Shown piece by piece: positions 33,053 to 40,651 of a stretch of 64,000 nt of DNA (position 1 is the first letter of the stretch; every line of letters begins with the position of its first letter). A program made the position numbers and the translations under genes. The DNA is taken from positions 7,334 to 71,333 of the forward strand of contig JAQGGW010000006.1 in the NCBI GenBank assembly GCA_028289135.1, written 5' to 3'. This stretch comes from Candidatus Saccharimonadota bacterium. GTDB taxonomy: Bacteria; Patescibacteriota; Saccharimonadia; Saccharimonadales; JACDBH01. The notes under the pieces are model-generated. The model was not told the DNA's origin. It did no database searches and worked only from the letters and a program-made list of their open reading frames with translations.

Positions 33053-33638
33053 TAATTCAAAGGGTTTTACGCTTATTGAACTAATGATTTCTATTGCTGT
33101 AATCAGCGTTTTATCGACAACCTTTTTTACTTTTTTTAACACCACTATTAGCCAATACCTGTCTCTACATCGTGACTCATTGGCTTTTGCAGATCTGGCG
33201 ACCCAGTCGCAAAGAATAGGCAACGTCGTTCGCGGTGTAACCGACATCACATTGGCAAATGACAATGAGCTTACGGCGTACGCTTACTTCGCACCAAGCG
33301 ATACTTATGTTTCAATTGTGCATTATTACTTAACAAATAGTAATACAAAACTGCTCGCGGATGTCACGCATATGACGGCCAACCCGCCGATAGGCACCCC
33401 AATTTCGAGCTCATTAAAAACCTTCAACATCATTGATACCTTTTACCTGCCGACTGGCATTAAAACATTTACCTACTACGATGCCGCAAATAATGTACTT
33501 ACTCCGCCGATTTCGGATGAACATACGATTAAATCAGTCAAAATTTCTCTTGCCGTGCCGTCAAAATCGCCAGTTGCAAGCAGTAACACGACTATGGTTG
33601 TCGAGGTGTCGCTAAGGACTAGAAAGACTAATTTATGA
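33039..33638 (+). CDS. Prepilin-type N-terminal cleavage/methylation domain protein (minor pilin-like)
   Basis: MSLPNNSKG|FTLIELMISIAVISVLS. GTG start 5 nt after TAGGAGGA. Overlaps the upstream gene by 14 nt. Confidence 0.8.
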   Translation: MSLPNNSKGFTLIELMISIAVISVLSTTFFTFFNTTISQYLSLHRDSLAFADLATQSQRIGNVVRGVTDITLANDNELTAYAYFAPSDTYVSIVHYYLTNSNTKLLADVTHMTANPPIGTPISSSLKTFNIIDTFYLPTGIKTFTYYDAANNVLTPPISDEHTIKSVKISLAVPSKSPVASSNTTMVVEVSLRTRKTNL

Positions 33639-35206
33639 GACTGCTAAAAAACGAATCTAGCGGCTTTATTATCCCCGCGCTTTTAAGCCTAATGGTCGCG
33701 TTATCCATTATAACCGCATCCGTAGTGATTCTTATTGACAGCAATTTTACTCTAGTAGGACGCAACATACAGAGCCAACAAGCTTTTAATATTGCCGAAG
33801 CGGGCTTGAATTATTATCTATGGCATTTAAGCCACAACGCTACAGATTACAAAGATGGCGGGACAACTCCTGCCAGCCCGACAACTTACGGATATGGCCC
33901 ATATGTTCATAATTATGTGGACGCAAGCGATAAGATTCAGGGCACTTTTACGCTCTACATTAACCCTGTTGGCAGCGGATCTAGTGTCGTTAAGGTTAGG
34001 TCAATAGGCCAGGTAAACGGTACTAATTTTGCCCGCACTGTTGAGGCTCAAATCGGGGCGCCATCATTTGCTAGTTATGCGATATTGTCCGATTCTGCTC
34101 TTTGGTTTGGTAAAAACGAAGTAGCCGACGGACCCGTCCACTCAAACCAGGGAATACGCATGGATGGCTCAAGCAACGCCGACATCACTAGTGCAAATGC
34201 CACATACCTGCCAACAAATAGCCTAGGAGGAGACGGTAATTCACATCCAGGAGTCTGGTGCGATATATCGGTTATTAGCCCAGTAAACTGCAATACCCGG
34301 CCAAAAACTGATTGGCGGTATCCTGTTCCAACTATCGACTTTAACCAAGTAAGCGGCACGCTTTGCACAGTAAAAAAGGCCGCATTTGCTTCTGACCCAT
34401 CCACAGCATCGCTAGCAACCCAAGCAAACGCCTGTTCGCAAACGCCTGGCACGCGCACAAATGCCTACATACCTCAGCGAAGCTCCAGCGCAAATGACTC
34501 AAGAGGTTATTATATTAACCTCAACTCCAATAGTACTTATGATTTATATACAGTTAACAACGTAAAAGATATTATGACTGATTATAGCAGCGCTTTGTCG
34601 CCAACATTGGTTGCGTCAAACATTGCCGTGCCGGCGAGCGGTGTAATATTCGCCGAGGATAACGTTTGGGTTCGTGCTGGTACAACTTTTGCGGGCAGGC
34701 TAACTTTGGCTTCTGGGAGGCTCGCAACCTCTGTAACCACAAATCTGACCGTAGTTGATAACATAAAATATTCGACAAAAAACGGTAATGACGCCATTGG
34801 GCTGATGGCCGAGGGCGATATATGGATTGCACCGTACGCACCGCCGACAACGAGTTCATTTACCTTTGAAGTCGACGCAGCTGTAATAGCGGGTTCTGGG
34901 GACGTGGTATATCCTTCCAACTACACTTTTAGTAATACGACTTGCACTCGAGGTTGGATTAGCCCAAACCAAAAGCTGCTGTTTTATGGGTCTATTGCTG
35001 TTAGGCAGACTTGGACTTGGTCTTGGCAGTGGAACAGTTCTTGCGGCGATAATGTCTATGATTCAAGTACAGGCTATTACATTTCAGGGTTTAAGTACAA
35101 TACGACACAATACGACTATAATCTGTTATATAACCCTCCGCCAAGCTGGCCAATAACAAGCAGCTACAACTTCTTGTCCTGGCGTGAAGTTCTCGTAACC
35201 CCATAG
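33635..35206 (+). CDS. PilX-N-terminal-like large pilus-associated protein
   Basis: The N-terminus SSGFIIPALLSLMVALSIITASVVILIDS...QQAFNIAEAGLNYYLWHL resembles PilX_N. ATGA overlap with the upstream gene. 523 aa. Confidence 0.65.
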   Translation: MRLLKNESSGFIIPALLSLMVALSIITASVVILIDSNFTLVGRNIQSQQAFNIAEAGLNYYLWHLSHNATDYKDGGTTPASPTTYGYGPYVHNYVDASDKIQGTFTLYINPVGSGSSVVKVRSIGQVNGTNFARTVEAQIGAPSFASYAILSDSALWFGKNEVADGPVHSNQGIRMDGSSNADITSANATYLPTNSLGGDGNSHPGVWCDISVISPVNCNTRPKTDWRYPVPTIDFNQVSGTLCTVKKAAFASDPSTASLATQANACSQTPGTRTNAYIPQRSSSANDSRGYYINLNSNSTYDLYTVNNVKDIMTDYSSALSPTLVASNIAVPASGVIFAEDNVWVRAGTTFAGRLTLASGRLATSVTTNLTVVDNIKYSTKNGNDAIGLMAEGDIWIAPYAPPTTSSFTFEVDAAVIAGSGDVVYPSNYTFSNTTCTRGWISPNQKLLFYGSIAVRQTWTWSWQWNSSCGDNVYDSSTGYYISGFKYNTTQYDYNLLYNPPPSWPITSSYNFLSWREVLVTP

Positions 35207-35237
35207 TAAACAAGTTTTATAGTTATCCTGCATTAAA

Positions 35238-35274
35238 AGAGCGCCAGTTGCGAAGTTGGCGCTCTATATATTTT
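35238..35274. terminator. Bidirectional Rho-independent terminator
   Basis: AGAGCGCCA (35238-35246) pairs with TGGCGCTCT (35257-35265). AAAA sits on the left and ATATATTTT on the right. Confidence 0.7.
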
Positions 35275-35297
35275 GGCCCAAAATGTGCATTAAAAAG
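35275..35297 (+). repeat. Solo copy of a short dispersed repeat (GGCCCAAAATGTGCATTAAAAAG)
   Basis: Matches 36887-36908 (GGCCAAAATGTGCACTGAAAAG), including the flanking ATATT(T/C). An inverted degenerate copy lies at 36800-36822. Confidence 0.5.
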
Positions 35298-35301
35298 CAT
35301 T

Positions 35302-35442
35302 CTACATCTGGAGGCGGATGTTTGGCCCAAGCGACATTTCAATAAATTCAATATCATAGTCCGACAAAACAACTTTGTGCCCGCTGCGTCCCTTGCGAAC
35401 CGTTTTTTTAAGTTCGGGCTTGAATGTGTAACTTCTACTCAT
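35302..35442 (-). CDS. Possible 46-aa small protein downstream of the GlsB-family gene
   Basis: ATG 11 nt after the GlsB-gene stop: MSRSYTFKPELKKTVRKGRSGHKVVLSDYDIEFIEMSLGPNIRLQM. It is below the ORF-track size cutoff, has only a weak AGGA upstream, and ends just before the terminator. Confidence 0.3.
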   Translation of the reverse strand: MSRSYTFKPELKKTVRKGRSGHKVVLSDYDIEFIEMSLGPNIRLQM

Positions 35443-35453
35443 AATGAATAATC

Positions 35454-35708
35454 CTACTTGTTATTTTTACTTACAAATTCGACTATAACTAGCAAACCCA
35501 CCGCACCTCCAACCGCCGAAAACATACTATTTACCTCAATGCTGCTCGGCGAATGGCTGCGAATCGTAAACAAAACTCCTGCCATAACCGCCCCCACCAC
35601 ACCAATAAGAACAGGAACCCATGATGTAGAACCACCTGTTCTTAACATTAGCGCTACAACCCAACCCGTTAGCGCACCAAACAATATCCATAAAACCAAG
35701 GCCCACAT
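35454..35708 (-). CDS. GlsB/YeaQ/YmgE-family stress-associated membrane protein
   Basis: 84 aa. WILFGALTGWVVALML...LIGVVGAVMAGVLF...AVGGAVGLLVIVEFV is typical of the family. Confidence 0.8.
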   Translation of the reverse strand: MWALVLWILFGALTGWVVALMLRTGGSTSWVPVLIGVVGAVMAGVLFTIRSHSPSSIEVNSMFSAVGGAVGLLVIVEFVSKNNK

Positions 35709-35792
35709 TTATATGTGAAACTTGGAGAATTTCTTATCCAAAAATCGCGAAATACGATTTTCTAGGTCATTTGTGTTAGTTATTACTGGCAT
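35709..35792 (-). CDS. Possible 27-aa leader peptide translationally coupled to the GlsB-family gene
   Basis: AGGAGG 5 nt before ATG 35792. Sequence MPVITNTNDLENRISRFLDKKFSKFHI. Its TAA stop abuts the ATG of the next gene (TAAATG). Confidence 0.3.
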   Translation of the reverse strand: MPVITNTNDLENRISRFLDKKFSKFHI

Positions 35793-35850
35793 GATACCTC
35801 CTATTTTTTCGTCTGTTTTTTCTACTCTCCGAAACCGTCTAACAGATATA

Positions 35851-35873
35851 TCATAAACGCTTATGATCATAAG
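35851..35873. promoter_or_regulatory. Overlapping dyad symmetries in the divergent region (candidate operator for the adjacent Crp/Fnr-family regulator)
   Basis: TCATA-N6-TATGA at 35851-35866 has CRP-like 5-6-5 geometry. A perfect 14-bp palindrome CTTATGATCATAAG lies at 35860-35873. Confidence 0.35.
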
Positions 35874-35945
35874 AGCTGTAAAGACTACTACACCTTTCTT
35901 GTAAGAATTTTTACACATTATTGCCAATCGCGCTATAATGGAGCT

Positions 35946-36596
35946 ATGAATGGAGTTTCCTTTGACGAATCTGCCGCTAGGCGGTACGGAAAATCTAGTA
36001 TTATTGTCTACCAAGGCGAGATACCCCGAGATGGTTTTTTAATTAAAAAAGGCGTAGTCCGCGTATACCAAATCGGCGCTTCAGGCGACAGCCGGACGGT
36101 AACTTTTTATACAAAAGGCGATATATTTCCAGTCGCATGGCTCAGCGGAAGCACCGCGCCGGCCATGTATTACTACGAAGCATTTGACGACGTTGACCTT
36201 GTGCAAATTAGCCGTGAAACGTGGGCGACCGCCATGGCTAACCCCAAAGAGCTTCAGGCTTTTAGCGCCTACATGGTAAAAAACTACCAGTCATCTCTTA
36301 TCCGTATTGCTGCCCTAGAACAAGCCAAAGCGCACGATAAGATTGCCTACACGCTGTTTTATCTTATGCTCCGCCATGGCCGTGAAATTATGCCTGGCAT
36401 ATGCCGGCTTGAACTAAAGCTAAAACACCAAGATATTGCCGAGCTTGTAGGCCTAACCCGCGAAACTACCGCCATTGAAGTCCACTCTCTGCAAACTGCC
36501 AAAGTTTTATCCTACCAAAACCAACGCTACTTAATTAAGCGCGAAAAACTCCTAAACATCCTCAACGAAGACAGCCTGCGCCAGCTCGAACTCTAA
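35946..36596 (+). CDS. Crp/Fnr-family transcriptional regulator
   Basis: Cyclic-nucleotide-binding-like beta-roll (IVYQGEIPRDGFLIKKGVVRVYQIGASGDSRTVTFYTKGDIFP) and a C-terminal HTH (LKHQDIAELVGLTRETTAIEVHSL). TATAAT (35934-35939) lies 6 nt before the ATG. Confidence 0.85.
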   Translation: MNGVSFDESAARRYGKSSIIVYQGEIPRDGFLIKKGVVRVYQIGASGDSRTVTFYTKGDIFPVAWLSGSTAPAMYYYEAFDDVDLVQISRETWATAMANPKELQAFSAYMVKNYQSSLIRIAALEQAKAHDKIAYTLFYLMLRHGREIMPGICRLELKLKHQDIAELVGLTRETTAIEVHSLQTAKVLSYQNQRYLIKREKLLNILNEDSLRQLEL

Positions 36597-36647
36597 CTTT
36601 AGGTTATTCAAGTTTATTTTTTAATTGCTCCCGCCGTCCCTATCCTT

Positions 36648-36773
36648 GGAAGTTTCATCACATTGATTTAGCCGCTGGAGACAGTTTTACGCTATTAAAT
36701 CAACGTGCCGAAACTTCCCGTAAACCTCACCATGCCTTTGAGAGCTTTGTGAAGCCCCTGGATGGGGCTTCAC
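36648..36773. other. Two stable hairpins in the convergent intergenic region (unassigned; 3'-UTR elements or a small RNA)
   Basis: Hairpin a is 36648-36718: a 9-bp stem GGAAGTTTC/GAAACTTCC plus a 12-bp stem CACATTGATTTA/TAAATCAACGTG carrying one A/C mismatch that would be U-G on the minus strand. Hairpin b is 36749-36773: GTGAAGCCCC-TGGAT-GGGGCTTCAC. Neither has a U-tract. Confidence 0.3.
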
Positions 36774-36795
36774 GTCTGCCTCTAATTAGTTAACC

Positions 36796-36912
36796 GGTGC
36801 TTTTCAGTAGTGCAATTTGGTCGAAGAACGAGCACTGTATTCGGAGTGTACAGAGAAGTACATGGAGAAACGGAGCGGAGATATTCGGCCAAAATGTGCA
36901 CTGAAAAGTGGC
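36796..36912. repeat. Inverted pair of the short dispersed repeat forming a hairpin of about 115 nt at the 3' end of the two-component operon
   Basis: 36800-36822 (CTTTTCAGTAGTGCAATTTGGTC) is an imperfect reverse complement of 36887-36908 (GGCCAAAATGTGCACTGAAAAG). About 60 nt lie between them, including a small TGTAC/GTACA hairpin. Confidence 0.5.
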
Positions 36913-36921
36913 GGCCGTCTG

Positions 36922-37308
36922 CTATTTGTCCAACTCGGCGTCGATCATGCGTACAAGTTCGCTAGGACTCGCCCAAGACTTGAGCATGTACTTGCTAGCG
37001 CCCAGCGCGAAAGCCTGGTCTATTTCTTTCTGCATATCAAGATTGCTAAAGATAATAACCTTTACCTTAGGGTGTTTTTCTTTGAGGTTATAGGCTTTCA
37101 AAAAGTCAATTCCGCCAATTTCTGGCATACGGAGATCGAGCAAGATAACGTCAGGCTCATAGTTTTTAGTTATCTTTAGGGCTTCAGAGCCATCGAGAGC
37201 ACTTTTAACCTCATGACCTGCGCGCTTCAGTATCATCACATATGCGTCATTCAGCGCCTTTTCATCTTCGGCAATAAGTATTTTTGCCACTTTATTTACC
37301 CTTTGCAT
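36922..37308 (-). CDS. Stand-alone response-regulator receiver (CheY-like) protein
   Basis: 128 aa. ILIAEDE, VILLDLRMPEIGG (phospho-acceptor Asp), and IIFSNLD...ALGASKYMLK. Confidence 0.9.
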   Translation of the reverse strand: MQRVNKVAKILIAEDEKALNDAYVMILKRAGHEVKSALDGSEALKITKNYEPDVILLDLRMPEIGGIDFLKAYNLKEKHPKVKVIIFSNLDMQKEIDQAFALGASKYMLKSWASPSELVRMIDAELDK

Positions 37309-37401
37309 TTGCTTTAAATTCTATAGATATAAACCATCCAATGCTGTAATATTTCTTACAACGAACTTCTTTACAAAGGTTATCATTAACACCTTTAAGC
37401 A

Positions 37402-39195
37402 TTAGCTTAACCCTTTGGATTTTGGAAGCGATAGGGTAAAAGTCGTACCTTTATTATGTTTTGAGATAAAAGTCAGGTCACCGCCATGAAGCAAGGCCAG
37501 CTGTTTTGCTAGGTAAAGTCCTATCCCGCTGCCTGAAGTCTGCCGCGTCAGCTCGTTAGGAATCCGGCTAAACTTCATAAATACGTCCTTGTAATCTTCT
37601 GATTTAATGCCGACGCCGCTATCTGTAACATTAACTAATACTGCGTCTTTTGTGTTCTGCAGGCCCACTATGACGGCCGTTTTCTCGAATGAATACTTTG
37701 AAGCGTTACTAAGCAAGTTTTCGACAATCATCCGCAAATATTGTGGGTCGGCCACGCACATAACTGGGCGTTTTGGCACATTGTAAAGCACTTTTTGTTT
37801 GCGTACCTTAAATTCAGCCCGCTGTTCGTCAATTACAGAAATTATAAGATCGCTGATGTTGATATTCTCTGGCTTAAGCGTTGTCTTGCCGGCATCGAGG
37901 CGGGCAACATAAAGCAGGTCGTCGACAATAGTCAGCTGGCGCTCGTTGCTTTCGTAGGCACTTTGAAGCAGCTTATGTTGGTCGGGGGTAAGTTCACCCG
38001 CAAAACCCTCTTTTACCATCGACACGTACTGTTTTACGGCTGTGGCCGGGGTGCGGAGTTGGTGCGAAGCTAGTGACAATAGATCATCTTTGGCTTCTTC
38101 AAGCTTTTTTTGCTCGACATATGCCAGGGTACGGGTACGCCGCTGTATTAAAAGATAAATAATGGCGGCCAAAGCGGCGGCAAAAATACTGCCGCCAATG
38201 ATGACGCTTAAAGGACGCTCCCGGACAGAGTAGGGAACAATCTCATTTTTAACTTTATAGACAATCTCCCAGTCCTGGCCAAACAACGACATATGGGTTG
38301 TTTTTACTTGATGGAACTGTGGATCGTTGACGTGATCACTACTTTGGTATAGCTGTGTCGTCTGGCTTGGCGTGCCGTCGTAAATAGTAAAGGCAAAAGA
38401 CGGGTCAGAAATGTCAAAAAGGCTCTTAAAAACCCCGTCGCTGACAAACGGCGCATAAAAGAAACCATCCAGCGCTGCTAAACGTTCCTCTTTTGTATTA
38501 TGCGGCAGATCCTTTTTGTAGAGCGGCGAAAATAGCAAGAACCCTCTGTTTGATTTGTTGTTGGGGCTTTTAATCAAATCAATAATACTGGACAGCGTCG
38601 CGCTGTTATTTTCAGCAGCTTTTTGCATAGTGTGGAATCTTTCTGGGACGGAATACATATCAAGGCCCAGAACCGGTGCATTATGGTCGTCAGTTATAGA
38701 ACCAGTGCCAAGCGGTACGATAAACTGAAGCGGAGCAATTATATCAGTGTTAGTATCGGGATAAACGGTATAGGTGTTTAGGTCATCAGAGCGATTAGCT
38801 TCTTCAAAAGCTACTTTGTCGGCCGCAGGTAGGACTTTTACAAAACCTAGGCCTCGGATGCCTGGGTAGCGGTCTGGGAGGTCAAGCGATAACACAAACT
38901 CTTTCCATTCCGCCCGCGTAACGCTATCAGAGCTTAAAAACAAACCATTTGCTGCCCTCAAACTGTTTTCATAGACTGTAAAACGCTGGGCCAAGCTGCT
39001 TTCAACAAAAGTCGAGTTTTGGGTAACGATGTTTTTTTGCTGGGTAATAATGTCCTGCTTAGCTGTATGCCAGCTTATGACAATAATGACCATTAGCGCC
39101 AAAAAAACTAAAAATGCCGGCAGAAGGGGCCTTACATAAAGATCGTGGTTAAGCAGTCGTTTGGATATTTTTTTTGAAAACATGAATCCCTTCAA
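37402..39195 (-). CDS. Sensor histidine kinase with an extracytoplasmic CHASE-like domain
   Basis: Two TM spans flank a sensor of about 280 aa (GLDMYSVPERFHTMQKAAENNSATLS...GFLLFSPLY, CHASE-like). HisKA H-box LASHQLRTPATAV. HATPase_c motifs (N, G1, G2: GSGIGLYLAKQL). Confidence 0.85.
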   Translation of the reverse strand: MKGFMFSKKISKRLLNHDLYVRPLLPAFLVFLALMVIIVISWHTAKQDIITQQKNIVTQNSTFVESSLAQRFTVYENSLRAANGLFLSSDSVTRAEWKEFVLSLDLPDRYPGIRGLGFVKVLPAADKVAFEEANRSDDLNTYTVYPDTNTDIIAPLQFIVPLGTGSITDDHNAPVLGLDMYSVPERFHTMQKAAENNSATLSSIIDLIKSPNNKSNRGFLLFSPLYKKDLPHNTKEERLAALDGFFYAPFVSDGVFKSLFDISDPSFAFTIYDGTPSQTTQLYQSSDHVNDPQFHQVKTTHMSLFGQDWEIVYKVKNEIVPYSVRERPLSVIIGGSIFAAALAAIIYLLIQRRTRTLAYVEQKKLEEAKDDLLSLASHQLRTPATAVKQYVSMVKEGFAGELTPDQHKLLQSAYESNERQLTIVDDLLYVARLDAGKTTLKPENINISDLIISVIDEQRAEFKVRKQKVLYNVPKRPVMCVADPQYLRMIVENLLSNASKYSFEKTAVIVGLQNTKDAVLVNVTDSGVGIKSEDYKDVFMKFSRIPNELTRQTSGSGIGLYLAKQLALLHGGDLTFISKHNKGTTFTLSLPKSKGLS

Positions 39196-39333
39196 GCAGA
39201 GCTAGTTTGATCCAGTGTACCAAGTTTTTCACCCTATACGCTGTAATTATTTTAACAAATATAGTGTTTAAAATGCAGGTATTTCAAGAAAGTCCAATAC
39301 ACTTTTTTAAAGCATGCAAGATGCGGAACTGCT

Positions 39334-40611
39334 ATGCTAGAACTAAGCACTATGAAAACTAAGCGTATACTTTATCCTGCTTCGGTCACTGACACAAGAA
39401 TCCGGGCCCCGAAAAGCAAAAACCATTATTATGTCCTAGCGTGTTTAATCTTATTTTTAGCGCTTGCCGCTGTTTACGTCCATGCCGCGCTCATAAAGCC
39501 GCTGCCAATGGTAAGCTTTGCTAGTAAAACAGTTACACTTCCAGCTTCAACTCAGCCCGTAACCCCATGGCCGGCAGGTGTTTCGGCGGGATTTGGTACG
39601 ACCACAAGCGGCGTACTTGATACTTCTCCCAGTAGCGAACAACCTCGCTCAATTGCCAGTATTGCTAAAGTTATAACCGCATTGGCAGTCACTCAAAAAA
39701 AGCCACTTTCTAGTGATGCTGATAACATCATCACGTTTAGTGCTGCAGACGAAGAGCTCTACCACCATTACGCTGCTTCTGACGGATCTTATGTTCCTAT
39801 CCATGCGGGCGATCAACTAAGCGAATACCGTGCGCTTGAAGCCATGCTTTTGCCGTCTGCCAACAACATGGCTGACAGTTTGGCAATCTGGGCCTTTGGA
39901 TCCATGGACGCCTATGCCAGTTACGCCACCAATATGGTAAAAAGCTATGGGCTTAAAAACACGACCATAACAGAGGCAAGCGGTTTTAATGACACTGTCC
40001 TTAGCACCCCTTCGGATCTTATTGTGCTTGGCCAAAAGCTACTGGCTAACACCGAGCTGGCACAAATTGTTATGCAGCAAAACGATACCCTGCCAATTTT
40101 AGGCAAGCTATACAACACCAACCAGCTGCTAGGGAATGGGGTTAACGGCATAAAGACCGGGCATACAACGGGCGCGGGGTACTGTTTGCTATTAGAGAAA
40201 AATATCGTAATTGACAGCACGCACACAGTTCACGCCATAAGCGCCGTTTTAGGTGCTGGTAGTTCTAATGATTCGTTTAGTTTAAGTGATTCGCTTATAA
40301 AGTCGGTTCAAGGTGATTTTGGAGCGGTGTTAATTGCGCCAAAAAACGCTGTTCTTGGAACCATAATAACACCTTGGGGAGCGCGTAGCGATATTGTCGC
40401 AACCGCCGATGTAAACACCTACGGCTGGAAATATACCGCCCGAACCGCACAAACCAGCCCGCTGCCAGTAGCTGGGGCGGCTAGTGCAGGAACTGCGGCC
40501 GGCAGTATAACCGTTAAAAATGATTCCGGCTTTACTGATAGCTATAACCTTGTCCTAAAAAATAGCCTTAAACCGCCTTCAAAATGGTGGCGTTTAACGC
40601 ACTATTTTTAA
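39334..40611 (+). CDS. Serine-type D-Ala-D-Ala carboxypeptidase (PBP5/S11-like)
   Basis: SxxK (SIASIAKV), SxN (PSANN) and KTG (IKTGHT) motifs in the correct order. N-terminal membrane anchor. ATG 39352 is an alternative start. Confidence 0.85.
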   Translation: MLELSTMKTKRILYPASVTDTRIRAPKSKNHYYVLACLILFLALAAVYVHAALIKPLPMVSFASKTVTLPASTQPVTPWPAGVSAGFGTTTSGVLDTSPSSEQPRSIASIAKVITALAVTQKKPLSSDADNIITFSAADEELYHHYAASDGSYVPIHAGDQLSEYRALEAMLLPSANNMADSLAIWAFGSMDAYASYATNMVKSYGLKNTTITEASGFNDTVLSTPSDLIVLGQKLLANTELAQIVMQQNDTLPILGKLYNTNQLLGNGVNGIKTGHTTGAGYCLLLEKNIVIDSTHTVHAISAVLGAGSSNDSFSLSDSLIKSVQGDFGAVLIAPKNAVLGTIITPWGARSDIVATADVNTYGWKYTARTAQTSPLPVAGAASAGTAAGSITVKNDSGFTDSYNLVLKNSLKPPSKWWRLTHYF

Positions 40612-40651
40612 TATAAAGTCGGCTCAATAAAAATGATATAATAATTGCAAC

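Noticed and set aside
35248-35451. A 67-aa plus-strand ORF, and the analogous 120-aa ORF at 36817-37179, sharing the peptide PKCALKS.
   Set aside because: The shared peptide comes from translating the dispersed DNA repeat. The ORFs cross terminators and run antisense to better-supported genes (the 46-aa ORF and the receiver gene).
35709-36014. A 101-aa minus-strand ORF spanning the divergent promoter region and overlapping the start of the Crp/Fnr gene.
   Set aside because: Only the last 27 codons are preceded by a ribosome-binding site. The upstream part covers promoter and operator sequence and overlaps the regulator gene.
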